Shown: piece after piece, positions 39,309 through 54,240 of the stretch
Position numbering within the stretch: the first letter of the stretch is position 1
How the letters are laid out: each line of letters starts with the position of its first letter
From: Octopus sinensis
Lineage: Eukaryota
DNA: 64,000 nt
NCBI RefSeq assembly: GCF_006345805.1
Contig: NW_021833446.1
Location: 10,272-74,271 of the forward strand
Reading direction: 5' to 3'
Program-made: the position numbers and the translations under genes
Notes under the pieces: model-generated
Told to the model about the DNA's origin: nothing
The model's input: only the letters and a program-made list of their open reading frames with translations
The model's database searches: none

Positions 39309-39819
39309 TGTGTGGATGTGTGCATATGTCTGGCCCAGGAGATCCACATGGGATGGGGGACCTTGGAGCATTTTACATGTTTTTCATATTCATGATGGGA
39401 AACTCACATGACTGCATGTATGCACATGTATATGTGTGTGTGTGTATGTGTGAGTGTATGTGTGTGTGTGTGCGTGTGCGTGTGTGTGTGTGTGTGTGGG
39501 TATTCTGATGCTAATTTGACAATAATGTTTATTTCACCGAATAAATTTATAATTTTATTTGGTCACTGTGATTCGAACCTAATTCTAAATCTGGTTTAAT
39601 TTGAAACCCAGTTCATCACTAACCAATCAGTTTCGTTTTCTTCGGTAACTGAATAATTGAATTCCATTACAAAATATCAACTGGAATCGGACTTCAGTTT
39701 CGTTAGAAAAAAGAAAAAAAGCAGCAAAAGGTTTATTTCTAACGATTTTAATCTAATTCTTAAAATTTTTTACGAGATTTTGAAATGTTTAAATCGAGAA
39801 AAAGTTCGGATTTGGAAAT

Positions 39820-39867
39820 TTTCGTTGTTGTTGTTGTTGTTGCTATTGTTGTTGTTGTTGTTGTTGC

Positions 39868-39904
<37 letters not shown>

Positions 39905-40092
39905 CTTCTTCTTCTCCTCCTCCTCCTCCTCTTCCCCCTCCTCCTCTTCCCCCTCCGCCTCTTCCCCCTCCTCCCCTCCTCCCCTTCTTCTTCTTCTTCT
40001 TCTTCTTCTTCTTCTTTTTCTTCTTCTTCTTCTTCTTCTTTCTTCTTCTTCTTCTTCTTCTTCTTCTTCTTCTTCTTCTTCTTCTTCTTCTT
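39820..40092. repeat. (GTT)n-(CCT)n-(CTT)n compound array
   Basis: Directly visible. Confidence 0.95.
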
Positions 40093-40896
40093 TATTTCGC
40101 TATTTCAATGCCCGAAGTCTCGTAAATTCCGCACGGCAGAACGTTTTTAGTTATTCATTATAAAATTATGAAAATATCAACATAAAATTCACACGCACAC
40201 ACACACACAACCAACAAAAATAAGCCAAAATAAACGTATATATAACTAAAATATATCCCGTTTTCCCATATTACAAAAATATAAAAAGAAGCAAACTAAA
40301 ATATAAAACAAATAAAACAAACAAAGAACTCTCCAATACAAATGAAACAAAACCACTAAAATAGAATCAAGACTTTTCTTCCTAGATATTAAACAGAATT
40401 ATGCATATTTTTCCTTAAAACTCTTCTTCAGTTCGGAAATATTTTAAAGCGACATTTCAACAGATGTTATTTATAAATGGTAACCTTTTATAAATTAAAG
40501 AATGCTGAATAAATGATGAGAAGACGGATGTAATTTTTCTTCCTTTTTATTTGCTGCGGCATTAATGTCACAGCTTTACTGACTATCAACGTTTGTATGT
40601 TGTTGCTTGAAGGCGAGGAAGGCGGAACATTGTAAGTCCCTCGTAAATATATGGAGGAGCCATTTTGCTTTTTGCTGTGTTTTCCATTTGGGTGTTTATA
40701 GATGTTTCATTTTTATTTTAAAAATATCTTTCGTTTCTCGCCTGAAGACACTGACATTTTTCTCTAGACGAACAAATATCGGAGCGAAGAAGATTCATTA
40801 GCATTCCTTCTCTTCTCTCCCTCCTCTACACCATTTTTATATCAGGATTTATACATACATATTTGAAAACAAAAATATATATGAACATACACACAT

Positions 40897-40929
<33 letters not shown>

Positions 40930-41022
40930 AGACACACTTCCGTATATATGCAGTGCCGCAGTCCAATGACTGAAAACAAGTAAAATAGTGAAAAGTAGTA
41001 ACAATATATAAGTATATATATG

Positions 41023-41071
<49 letters not shown>

Positions 41072-41122
41072 GTATATGTATATATATATATATAAATCTA
41101 TATAAGTTTATATCTATATCTA

Positions 41123-41191
<69 letters not shown>

Positions 41192-41296
41192 CTATCATCT
41201 ATCTATCTATCTATCATCTATATATATAAGCTTACGTATATATATAAATATATATAAGTATTATATATATGTAAGTATATATATAAATATATATAA

Positions 41297-41392
<96 letters not shown>

Positions 41393-41684
41393 GAGAGAGA
41401 GAGAGAGAGGAGAGATTTATATGTATATATTATGCATGTATAAATTTACTATATTCATTAGAATCTAAGCATATCAACAAGTAGGGCGCCATTACTGGTT
41501 GGGTATCGTAACATTAAGTTACCTGTAAGGTAATACAACTATTAAATGTCATTTTCTGGTAGTATACTCTAGGTATATATATACACACACACACATACAT
41601 ACACACATATATATATGTATATACATGTATATATATACATATATACATAGATGCACACATATATATGTATATATATATAGAAAA

Positions 41685-44600
41685 TATGAAGGCCGACCTA
41701 AGCCAGGAGAGCCAACGCGCTATCAGCAACCACCTATGCAAATCACAAGGACCACACACCCACTACCAACAAGAAAATCATACACACACAGCTCCATACA
41801 AGAACTACCCACATTGTTACCACTGAACAACATAAAACATAACTTGGAACAATGCTAACATCAAACTTCCCTTACCTCGACATTCCTGTTAAATGTACGT
41901 AGCATCAACCCATCAATTATTGCCCAAAAATGGAAGATCCCATATATATAGAGTTGGCTTGCCGAAACGGCACATTGCTTCCCTTTCTTTATCCTTACCG
42001 AGACTCACCTGAACAGCACCCATATGGACGCCGAGGTGAAAATAAAAGATTTCACCATTGTTCGTGCAGATCAATAAGGGAGGGACAGCCATCTTTATCC
42101 ATGACTCCTTTTCATTTGATGCCAAGGACATATTTTCCAATGGCTACTGTGAATCTGTGTCACTATTCAGCAAGGCCAAGGACATAATCATTGTTGGTCT
42201 TTACAGGCCTCCCCAAGCACCTCTAAAGTGCTTTGAAGAGTGCCTTAGCAATGTCAAGTCCTTCCTTCGGAAGTACAACTCCGGAAACATACTAGTGATG
42301 GGTGATTTCAACCTCCCTCATGTGAACTGGCCCACAAATACTCTGAAGTTAGGCAAATGTTCTACATCAGATAGAGCAGCAGCAGAACTGCTCTTTAATC
42401 TAATGGATGAATACTTCCTGACTCAGCTAGTGCTCGAACCAACGAGACAGAATAAAACGATCTTGGGTCTGGTATTGACCAATCACTCTAGCTTCGTTCA
42501 CAGTATTTCAGTTGAAAAAACTCTCCTCTCAGACCACGACATGGTACTCTGCAATTTTAATTCCCGACATATAAAAACCAAACCAGCCAATCCCACTCCA
42601 TGGCACCCATTTGACAACATAAACTTCCACAAAGCGGACTGGGGAGCAATCAGAAAGGATCTGTCTTTCATCGACTGGTCTTTTACTCTCAATTCCACCC
42701 ATATTGAGACCGCATGGCAGCACTTTGAAAAGATTGTCACCTATACATGCTCTAAACACACTCCCACGAAATCTACTTACACAAACAGAAACCGGCTCCC
42801 TAAAAAGAAAAAAAAACACTCATCAGGCGAATCAAAAGACTCAACAAAAAAAAAATCAACCAATTAAAATATTCCCACATACAACATCCACATTCAACAA
42901 CAATGAAAAGGCTAGAGCTGGAAAAACTTCATCTGCAGACCGACATGAAAACCTCCATTGAAAATCAAAGAACAGTGGGTAATCAAAAACATCAAACAGA
43001 ACCCAAAAGTGTTCTATTCTTATGCAAATAAGCATAGAACCACTGTCTCACCCATTGGGCCATTGATTGATGATAACGGCATTCCCCAACACGATGCTAA
43101 AGAAATGGCAGACATACTGCAGAAACAATACTGCTCTGTCTTTAGTGTTCCCACTGATATTGACGTAAGAGAAGCGAACGAAGTTGACTCCCAACATAAA
43201 ATCTCAGACATAACCTTCACTGCCACTGACATCATAGCAGCAATAAATGAGGTCAAATACTACTCTGCTGTAGGACCTAATAGATTCCCCGCTAGTCTCC
43301 TGAAGGAATGTAGACACCAACTTGCAGTCCCTCTGACTAACTTCTGGAGAAATTCGTTAGACGCAGGTTATATACCGAAACAGTTTCTATCCCAGTCAGT
43401 CATCCCGGTTTTCAAACAGGGAAACAGATCCCTCGCAGTCAACTATCGCCCAATCTCACTCACCTCCCACATCATTAAAGTGTTTGAAAGAGTGTTAAGA
43501 TCAAGGATAGCTGACTTCCTGGAGACCCACAAACTTCTAAATGCAAATCAGCATGGCTTTCGCTGTGGCAGGGACTGTCTGATACAGCTCTTACACCACA
43601 TTGAAGATGTACTCAAAGCCTTGGGAACAGGTTCGAACTCTGATGTCATATATCTTGACTTCAGTAAAGCGTTCGACAGGGTAGACCATAATATCCTACT
43701 CTCAAAATTGGAAAATGTTGGAATCCGTGGAAAAGTTCTACACTGGATACAGTATTTCCTGGCGAATAGAACACAACATGTTGTAGTTGATGGAGTCCAC
43801 TCAAGCCCAGCAAAAGTCACCAGCAGTGTACCCCAGGGGACTGTCTTGGGTCCGCTACTCTTCATAATTTACATAAATGACCTTTCCAGTGTCGTACATT
43901 ACTGCAAAGTGAAAATATTTGCTGATGACACTAAGCTCCAGCAAATCGTCAATGAAGAAGCAGACCGAACTCAACTCCAGTCTGATCTATATGCTGTGAG
44001 TCAATGGGCAGACAGAAACAAAATGCAACTGAACGAGGGAAAATTTGAGCTGATGCATTTTGGAAGAAATTCCTCACTAAAACAGCCATACTCTCTTCCT
44101 TCAGGGGAACCGCTCACAGCCTCTAACAATATCAGAGACCTGGGTGTAATTGTTGATGACGATCTCAGTTGGAGTGCACACATCAACAAGAATGTCGATA
44201 TAGCTCGTAGGATGAGTTCCTGAATCTTAAGAACTTTCCGGTCCAGAGAACAAGGTGTCATCATACCACTTTTCTCCTCCTTTGTACGGACACACCTCGA
44301 ATACTGCTGCCCACTGTGGTCTCCCCATATAAGACAAAACATCTCGAGGATTGAATCAACCCAGAGGGCACTCACTAAACGAATTGAAGGCATGGCTGCT
44401 CTCGATTATTGGGATCGCCTTAACGCCTTGAAACTCTACTCTCTCCAGCGTCGCCGTGAGCGGTACATCATTTGTACGATGTGGAGAATATACCGCCAAC
44501 TTTGCCCAAACGACCTGAACATTAGCTTCAAGGTTCATCCAAGACGTATATATATATATACGTCCCATGCCAATTCAAGATCACAGCATACATGTACACT

Positions 44601-45284
44601 GCAACATAATTTCTTTTCCTCAACAGGCCCTGCCCTATTTAACATTGTCCTATTTAACAGGATCCCATCAACTTTAAACGGAGTCTCTTTTACTCTTTTA
44701 CTCTTTTACTTGTTTCAGTCATTTGACTGCGGCCATGCTGGAGCACCGCCTTTAATCGAGCAACTCGACCCCGGGACTTATTCTTTTGTAAGCCCAGTAC
44801 TTATTATATCGGTTTCTTTTGCCGAACCGCTAGGTAACGGGGACATAAACACACCAGCATCGGTTGTCATGCAATGCTAGGGGGACAAACACAGACACAC
44901 AAACACACACACGCATATATATACATATATACGACGGGCTTCTTTCAGTTTCCGTCTATCAAATCCACTCACAAGGCTTTGGTCGGCCCGAGGCTATAGT
45001 AGAAGACACTTGCCCAAGGTGCCACGCAGTGGGAATGAACCCGGGACCATGTGGTTGGTAAACAAGCTACTTACCACACAGCCACTCTGGATAGATTCTT
45101 TCAAGGAATACCAGATGAGCCACCCATAATTGGATACAACTCACCCAACAAAAACTCACTACTTGAATGGACCATAAACAAAACTTGACTTAAACAGGAT
45201 TCAAATAATCCTATCAGGTGGTGCTATTAAGTTAGACATGGCCTGGACCAATCTTTGATCGAAACATATCTAAGATTATCTAAG

Positions 45285-45290
<6 letters not shown>
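41685..45290 (+). mobile_element. CR1-like LINE, near-complete pseudogenised ORF2, interrupted by a SINE
   Basis: APE (GGTAIF, GLYRPP, MGDFNLP, SDHD) 42058-42867; RT (YRPISLTS, DFSKAFDRV, PQGTVLGP, FADD) 42958-44223; C-terminus resumes after the SINE (QGIPDEPPIIGYNSPNKNSLLEW). Confidence 0.9.
44691..45086 (-). mobile_element. SINE family B, full length, nested in the CR1-like LINE
   Basis: Complete head-to-tail match with 20720. Confidence 0.9.
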
Positions 45291-45322
<32 letters not shown>

Positions 45323-45359
45323 GATATATTATAATTATATATATATATGTATGTATATC

Positions 45360-45391
<32 letters not shown>

Positions 45392-45474
45392 TATGTATAT
45401 CTATATATATTATATATAAGTATATATATATATAATATATTATATAATATATATATATTATATATATGTAGCTA

Positions 45475-45511
<37 letters not shown>

Positions 45512-45513
45512 TT

Positions 45514-45569
<56 letters not shown>

Positions 45570-45662
45570 ATATATATATACATGTATACACACACACACT
45601 CACACACACACACACACACACACACACCTATATATATATATATAATATGTATGTGTATATAT

Positions 45663-45725
<63 letters not shown>

Positions 45726-45850
45726 TATATATTTACACACATATTGGACCGCTGAACTCTAAAAGTTGTTTTCATTCTCTCTGTTTATTTTCTCCCTGTA
45801 TATAATTATATAATATATAATATATATATATATATATATATTATAATGCG
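45291..45850. repeat. (TA)n/(CA)n array
   Basis: Directly visible. Confidence 0.95.
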
Positions 45851-45990
45851 TACCAAATATAAAGCGTAGAACCAGGATTGATTTCAGGTGTGGACTAAGT
45901 ATAAAATAAGAACGCAAGTAGCGTTTAAAATTTACTATAGCTGATTAAGTAAAATGCTACCGATACAACAGTAGTAAATTTTAAACCTGA

Positions 45991-46043
<53 letters not shown>

Positions 46044-46733
46044 ATAGACATATATATGTATGTATGTGTATATATATATATGCTTATACAAATAGAGGGA
46101 GAGAGAGAAACAGAGGGAGAGAGAGAGAGAGGGAGAGAGAGGAAGAGAGATGGTAAAGTAAATAAATTCCGTTAGGCTTAAGAAGTATTTACCTAGAGAA
46201 TAGCATACAGATTATAAAACAAAGGAAAATGCATTTGTCACTCTACCCTTAAGAGGGGATGCCTAAATTATTTTTAGTAATTTCATCAGGATTCGTTGAT
46301 GGTCGCACGCGTGTGACATGCACGTAAGACTTGAACGCATGGTTATTATATAAGTTATGGCGATCTTGAAACTGTTGTCGAGATAAGACTTTACATAAGT
46401 GTTTTTTTGTGGCCCAAATAAATATTCATCTCAAGGTTTGTGTGGGTATATATATATATATATATGCACACACATACACACATACACACATACACACATA
46501 TATGGAGAACTCTCTCGTCTTGAACGACAAATGAATGTTTAGTCAAATAAAGTGATTATCATATTTTATGAACACGAATACATCTCTTGTGGCCTGCTGG
46601 AGCCTTACAAACCCACAATTTGCTCGAGTGCTTGTGGATCATTATATAATATATATATATATAATATCTATATATACATACTACATGTATATATATATAC
46701 ACGCACATATATATGTGTGTGTATGTGTGTACG

Positions 46734-46827
<94 letters not shown>

Positions 46828-47979
46828 CTCATGAACATTACCGTGGGCGGGTTATGTGTCTGCTCATGCATTTATGTGTATTTTCCATCTATAATTGTAA
46901 GAAAAATTATTCAAAAGCTATAGAGATTTTTATAGTGGTATTCGTATTAGTATTAGTGTTAGTTATAATAATAATAATAATAATAATAATATAATAATAA
47001 TAATAATATAATAATAATGATAAAAGAAAATGATAATAATTTCAATTTAAACCTGGCTTTCTTCATTGCTGTTAATACGAGGTTCGCGTTATTGCTTTCG
47101 ATATGTTTACACAAGTAATGAATGTTTGTTCAACGCGAGAATTGTAAATACTATCATCTAAAAGTTAAATTTATATATTTTGCATTTAAAGTTTTACAAG
47201 ATTTTTGAAAGAAATTTCTGCAAGAAAAGATATCGAAAAATATTAGCAAAGTGATAGGAGACCACCATACCATATGCAAATTGAGAATGTGACATAGAGA
47301 ATGGGGAAGTAATGTGATACAGAAGGAGATAAATCGAAGGAACTGATAGATAAAGAAAAAGAGAACTGCATCTAACTTATAAACGCGTGGATAAAGTAAG
47401 ATTCATGGAGAAACATAGTGCTTATTAGAGGGGAGTGTGAATGTGAAATAGAATGGCTAAAGTTGACTGAACATAGAAAAGAAATCAGAGTCTAGGTGAA
47501 GATCAATATATTTATCTTCATATCACGTTGAATAATAAGAAAGATGGTACTTATATTAGGAAATATTGCGAAAGATAAATAAAGGATAAATTAATTAGAG
47601 AAGTATGAATAATGAATACTACTCACTAATGATGTAGTAACTGATTGCCATATTACTTTTATTTAATTTATTTTCAATTATCTGAAAATTTAAATCAAAT
47701 GTTCAAGGTTTAATTTTGTGGCGTTGAAGCCCAGATTTACAAGTGACGAATATGGTTTGGGTTAATTAACTTTCATTTATGTGAATTTGAGATATAAATA
47801 AAAGAAAATCAGTCGTGTCGAAAAGCAATCCGAGAAACTCAAAATACCGATGGCAAAATTTTCCGTCTTATAGGGTGTTAATACATACATCCACCCCACA
47901 ACCCTAGCAATAAATTTTATATATCATTAACACCGAAGGGGAACTTTCGCTCAAATAAACATATATCGTATATAAAATA

Positions 47980-48195
47980 ATCCTTTCTACTAAAGGCACA
48001 AGGCCTGAAATTCTTGGGGGAGGGGGACTAGTTAATTACATCGACCCCAGTGCTCAACTGATACTTATTTCAACGACACCGGAAAGATAAAAGGCGAAGT
48101 CAACCTCGGTGGAATTTGAACTCAGAACGTAAAGACGGACGAAATGCGACTTAACATTGTGTCCAGGGTGCTAACGATTCTGCCAGCTCGCCGCT
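47980..48195 (-). mobile_element. SINE family A
   Basis: Core and head motifs. Confidence 0.85.
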
Positions 48196-48381
48196 TTATA
48201 TTGTATATATTATATATATATGATAAAATGTGTGTTAAATAAAAACATTCCGCCTGGTAACGATGTTCGAACTCAGTCCACGAGACGGCCATGGAGTAAC
48301 GGTCCATCGTCTTAACTACTTACTTGTCTCAAACGTTTGGAATATTTATAATATATACTATATGCTTACATACTATATATA

Positions 48382-48753
48382 TCTTTATATATAAAAGTGA
48401 AGTTGTGTGTCTGTCTCCTACGATTTAGATTCCTAACTACTCTCACATTTTGCGGTGCAGTTTAACCAAAACCGGGTATCTTATGGTCTGGGTATTAGCG
48501 CGCGTCTACGATGAGTCTACGATTTTTAAAAAAATTACCATCAATTTTTCCCATTTTTAATGCATTTTTGGCATATATAAGGGAAGTAACTCTCTAAAAA
48601 TTTATTATTAAATCTCAGAACGTAAAAGGCTACAGTAACATCCCCCCCTTTGTGGTTAGCCATATTGAGATGGTTATTATACTTCACATCTCTAAAAATG
48701 CTTATATAGTTATTCCCCTTACAAACCCGAGCAACGCCGGGCGATACTGCTAG
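48382..48753 (+). mobile_element. non-autonomous Helitron
   Basis: A|TC start, CCCG-agcaacgc-CGGG hairpin, CTAG|T end; same family as 19312-19709. Confidence 0.87.
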
Positions 48754-49004
48754 TATAACATATAATGTATGCAAATATGTTATATATCTGTAATACATAT
48801 TATATGCATGACATTTGGCGTGGCTCTGTGATAAAATGCTTACTTCACAACTTCATGATTTTGAGTTCAATCCCAAATGTTTTCAACTACAGACCTTGGT
48901 AGACGAAAACTAAAGGAAGCCCCTCATATATGTATCTGCATATATCTATCTGTCATAACAATAATTATGACAACGATAACAACAACAACAACAACAATGA
49001 TAAG

Positions 49005-50160
49005 AATCCTTTCTACTGAAGGCACAAGGCTTGAAATTTGGGGAAGGAGACTTGTCGATTACATCGACTCCAGTCTTTCGCCGGCTCTCAATTTATCGAT
49101 CCGGAGGGGGAAAAGCAAAGTCGACCTCGGCAGAATTTGAACTCAGAACGTAGCGACGAGCGAAATGTCGCTAAACATTTCCTCCAGCGTGCTAACGATT
49201 CTGCCAGCTCATTGCTTTATTCATCATAATGATGATAATTTCCTTTATTGGCCACAAGGGGCCAAGACATGAAAGACAATATTAAAGGACGGTACTCATT
49301 TTATCGACTTCCAACGCCAAAAAGCATAGTCGACCTTGCCGGAATATGAACTCGGGACGTAAAACAATATTAACAATAACAATGGTTTCAAATTTTGCCA
49401 CAAGGACAGCAAGTTTGGGGGAGGGAATGAATCGATTACATCGACTCCAGTCTTCAACTGGTACTCATTTTATCGACCCCGGAAGAAGGAAAGGTAAAGC
49501 CGACCTAGGCGGAATTTAAACTCAGAACGTTAAGACGGGCAAAATACGCAAGTATTTCGTCCAGCGTGTTAACGATTCTGTCAGTTCGTCGCCTTGACAA
49601 CATTAATAATAATGATGATAATTTCCTTTATTGACCACAAGGGCCCAAAACTTGAAAAACTATATCAAAGGATGGTGCACATTTTATCGGCTACGAATGA
49701 TAAAAGGCAAGGTCGACCTTGGCGGAATTTGAACTCGGAACGTAAAGCAATATTCTTTTCTACTTAAGCACAATGCCCGAAATTTTGGGGGAAGAGCCAG
49801 TCGATTAGATCGACCCCGGTACGCAACTGATACTTAATTTATCGACCCCGAAAGGACTAAGGCAAAGTCGACCTTGGCGGTATTTGAACTCGGAACGTAA
49901 AGCAATAATAATAATGATTGCAAGTGTGTTGAAAATAAATTTACGTATCTTGATATTGATTATCACTGCTTCGTGTTCGCCTAAACGAAAATAATAAGAG
50001 TTCTTTCTAATTTTGGCACAAGGCCAGCAATTTCGGGGAGAGTGGGTCAGTCAGTTATACCGACCCCATTATTTGACCGGTACGCTATTTCATCAACCTC
50101 GAAAGGAAGAAACGCAAAGTTGGCGATGGCGGAATTTGAACTCAGAGCGTATAGGGTCGG
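49005..50160 (-). mobile_element. cluster of six SINE family A copies or fragments
   Basis: Core ggcggaatttgaactc recurs six times with at least three different tails. Confidence 0.85.
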
Positions 50161-51015
50161 GACAAATTCTCTATGGTTATTTCTAACAATTCTCTAAGGA
50201 GAATTGTTGCCAATTCACCACGCTATGTTTAACGAGGTTTGCACCATTGATTTAACAGAGAGGGAACAGCTGAAAGGAGCAACATGAAGCTATCAAATAC
50301 ACGCACACACACAAACACACATAACAACACACACACACACACACACAAACAGACATAACAACACACACACACACACACAAACTCAAATACAAACACATAT
50401 ACACACACACAAACACGCACATACACGCACTCTTTCATAGCATTACATAACGTTAGGAAAGATAATATTATATTTTGATAAGCAACATTATATTATTTTA
50501 TGAATCTCTTTGTATACTTTATGAAGTATAATGTATTTTATACATAATATTTAAAACTGTAACGTTTTCCCTATTTCTCTTAAATCAATTCACATATTCC
50601 TCTTACCTAATAATTATCTAAATTCCAGATTAAAGTCCAAAATATTCAAGTTTTACACATTTTCCTTTCATTTCGTCGCATAGTTTCATTGTTACTTTTC
50701 ATTAAACACCTCCTTAATTTTAACATACACAAAATTGCTCTCAGTGGCAAATAATAATTTTGCCACACATACACGTTCACAGACATAAACATGCGCGTTT
50801 GGTATTGATTTGCTGCTGCTCTATCAAAGACAATACCATTTCCAGATATTATATATTCCATTCCCTGTGTTACCTTCTATCGCCTGGAAATTACGAAGCA
50901 CAATTCTACCAAATGTACAGATTTCTACACTGTCATTAATACCTAGCTGTCCGGATGTTTTGCGTTCTTGTCCCATTTTGTATTATATATATATATATAT
51001 ATATATGTATACGTG

Positions 51016-51108
<93 letters not shown>

Positions 51109-51117
51109 GAAGGAATG

Positions 51118-51187
<70 letters not shown>

Positions 51188-51352
51188 CATTATTGGTAAA
51201 ACGGTAAGCTAACAAAAGAAAGAACGATACCTCAATATTATGTAAATAGAAGAAATTTATCTGTAAAATAATATGTGACAATTATTCGGTAGCCAGATAA
51301 CTGCCACCTCGGCATCCGAAACTCAGAGTTTTATCTTGGCTACCGAATAAAT

Positions 51353-51395
<43 letters not shown>

Positions 51396-51488
51396 ATATA
51401 TACACATGTCTACGTATATGTATACACACATGTATATGCATATGTATTTATATATACACACAGACACACATATATATATATATATATA

Positions 51489-52352
51489 TAGTTAAGTTAA
51501 CTTTTTGGCTTAAAAAGCAAAAAGCAAGGCCTTGTAGGGGCACATGGAGTCATGTACAGGGTGGTGTTCATGCAAAGAGTTCAGGCCATTTCTGGTCAAG
51601 AGAGACTTTGAACCGAGCGGTCGTGGCATCTTCACTATCTCGTCCGGCAGCTTATTCCACGGATCCGCAACCCGGACGGAGGAAGCCCCTCTCCTTCGAT
51701 TGAGATGAAATCGTCGCAGATAGAGCTTTTCGGAGTGACCCCGCAGCCGACGCTCTGGAGCAGGAGTGAAGAACAGCTCTTTCGAGAGGTTACACTTTTC
51801 GCTTATGATATTGTGAGCAAGAATGAGATCACCACGGCGTCGTAGTTTTTCTAGAGAATAAAGGTCGAGCATCTTCAGCCTTTCTTCATAAGACAAATGC
51901 TTGAGACCAAGAACCATTCGGGTAGCCAGCTTCTGGACTCTTTCGAGATAATGTATGTGTTTGAGGAGATAAGGAGAAGAGGCTTGAATCCCGTACTCTA
52001 ATGTGGGTCTCATCAGCGGGACATAGAGCGGTAGGAATATGGCTGCTGTGAGCATTCCGAATGACCATCGAATCAAAAACAGAACTCCGCGTGATTTGTT
52101 GGCAGCATGGACGCACTGGGCCGAAGGCGAAAAGGGAGAATCCGCCAAGATACCCAGGTCCTTTACCTGGTCGGTCCTCTCTAGCAGCAGACGACCCGGC
52201 TCGAAATCAAGTTGAGTTGCAGGAGAAGAGCCAACAGGCAGATGACAGCACTTTGACACGTTCAGGCACAGGTTAGACCATCTCCAAACTTGGTGGAGGC
52301 ATCGTCGAAGATCATCTATATCACCGCGAGGAGCGACTAGTTTGACATTACA
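51489..52352 (-). mobile_element. CR1-like LINE 3' fragment (second family)
   Basis: VKDLGI...RPTLEY...LERVQKLAT...RRRGDLI...RGHSEKL...WNKLP; flanked by (TA)n on both sides. Confidence 0.88.
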
Positions 52353-52424
52353 GTATATATATATATATATATATAAATGTGTGTATGTGTGTATGTATGT
52401 GTGTGTGCTGTGGATGTATTTCTC

Positions 52425-52710
52425 AAGAAGTTGAGCTGAGACCCCCTTCGCTCATGACTAACCATGGGATTGCATCTAGAAAGTTACCCTCCCCTCTCCA
52501 CGCCACCAGTGTTATCCAAGGGGAAGGCAAAGGGGCCGATACAGCTTGGCACCAGTGATGTCGCAACTAATTTCTACAGCTGAGTGAACTGGAGCAACGT
52601 GAAATAAAGTGTCTTGCTCACGAACACAACACGCAGCCCGGCCTGGGATTCGAACTCACAACCTCACGACCATAAGCTCGACGATTTAACCACTGAGCCA
52701 TGCGCCTTCA
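52425..52710 (-). mobile_element. tRNA-derived SINE with CORE-like body
   Basis: Minus head gaaggcgcatggctcagtggttaa...gagttcgaatccc. Confidence 0.8.
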
Positions 52711-54027
52711 CAAAGAAGTATACTTGTAATAAATAACGTTGTCACTATAACAATAATATTATGCTTTTACTATAATAATGATAAGGAGGTGATTGATCTT
52801 ACGGGTTTGTTTATCCTTTACAATTATTAACTGTACCTTGTAGTTGTGGCATGTACAGAGATGATGGAGTAGCTGTTTCCTGTTATATAAAAAATGCTGC
52901 ACTATGGACAGTTCTAGAACTTCAAAGAGATTTGCTTATTTATAATTGTTTGTACGAATCTAAGGAAAGCCAACATAGATCTTAAGACAGGTAAGCGGTA
53001 CTTCTATAGAATTTAAAACAAAGAAACTGCCTATACTCATAAAAAGTCCAGCCTCTCGGTACAGTTAGGAACTCAGTGGCTGTTGTTATTAGCAATCTTC
53101 CATGTTACCTAGTTTCCGACTGATACCAGGAGCGGCATTAGTGGGCAGTCAGATAAGTAATATACCTCATCAGAAGACAGTGAGAAAAGGGAAAGTAATT
53201 TAGTTTAAACCCCAATCAACGAAGACTTCCTCACAAATATCGCCAAGACTTTCTTATAGGGTGCTACTTCCCATCGACATTCATAAATCATAAACAATTT
53301 AACGCACACAACGTTAAGATTAGTTATTAGAAGCTTGATAACATCACTTAGAGAGTCATCCACAACAACGGAAATACAGCTAAGTTACAACTAACAAAAT
53401 AAATAAATTAATCTGTTTGTCTGCTTTGTTGAACTTGCTTTTACACGAAGTGGTTTAGAGCATCAAATGTACGGACTTGGCGGTATCTGGCGGAACTACA
53501 TAAAGTTCACCGCTAACGACTTCAAAAGACGTAATTAACCTTGGCAATCCGTTTGGGTTAGCAACTGGAAAGATCTCCACTTTCTCGTTTGGATTTATCT
53601 GGAAACTCGGGGACCAAAAACATTATTGTTATTCAATAACTTGGAATAATATTGACGAGCTATTCCAAAATTCAACGGATTACATAACTGTAAACTTTGT
53701 ATATCTGAGTTGTTCTCGATACTTAAACGTGCTGCGATACCTGTCAATGGAAAGCCTGAGAAAAACGTGGTGAACATCATGTTCCAAGCGATACAAATTC
53801 ACAATTTCAGACCATACAAGCCAAACAGAGTAGACCTTCGTTGCTGAATATAGACCGGGTTCGGGTTGTCTCTCTTACATTGTAATCGCTAGATTTAGAA
53901 CCTGCAACAGTTATTCATACATGCATGCATACATACATACATACATACATACATACATACATACATACATACATAAATACATACATACATAAATACATAA
54001 ATACATACATACATACATAAATATGTA

Positions 54028-54106
54028 TGTTGATGTTTAAATTTCAATGAAGGAGCTTTGGATCTAGGTTAGAAACCGACTCTTTCTCTATTGGCAAGAA
54101 TAATGA
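54028..54106 (+). mobile_element. 79-bp 3' terminus of an RLE LINE within (CATA)n
   Basis: Matches 54588-54685; (CATA)n on both sides. Confidence 0.75.
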
Positions 54107-54143
54107 CATACATACAAGATACATACATACATACATACATACA

Positions 54144-54222
<79 letters not shown>

Positions 54223-54240
54223 GCATACATGCATACATAC

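Noticed and set aside
39618-39632. CCAAT box (AACCAATCAG) as a promoter
   Set aside because: A single short motif with no supported downstream transcript.
47150-47640. Possible decayed LTR-retrotransposon gag
   Set aside because: Purine-rich, but all frames are broken and no motif could be identified.
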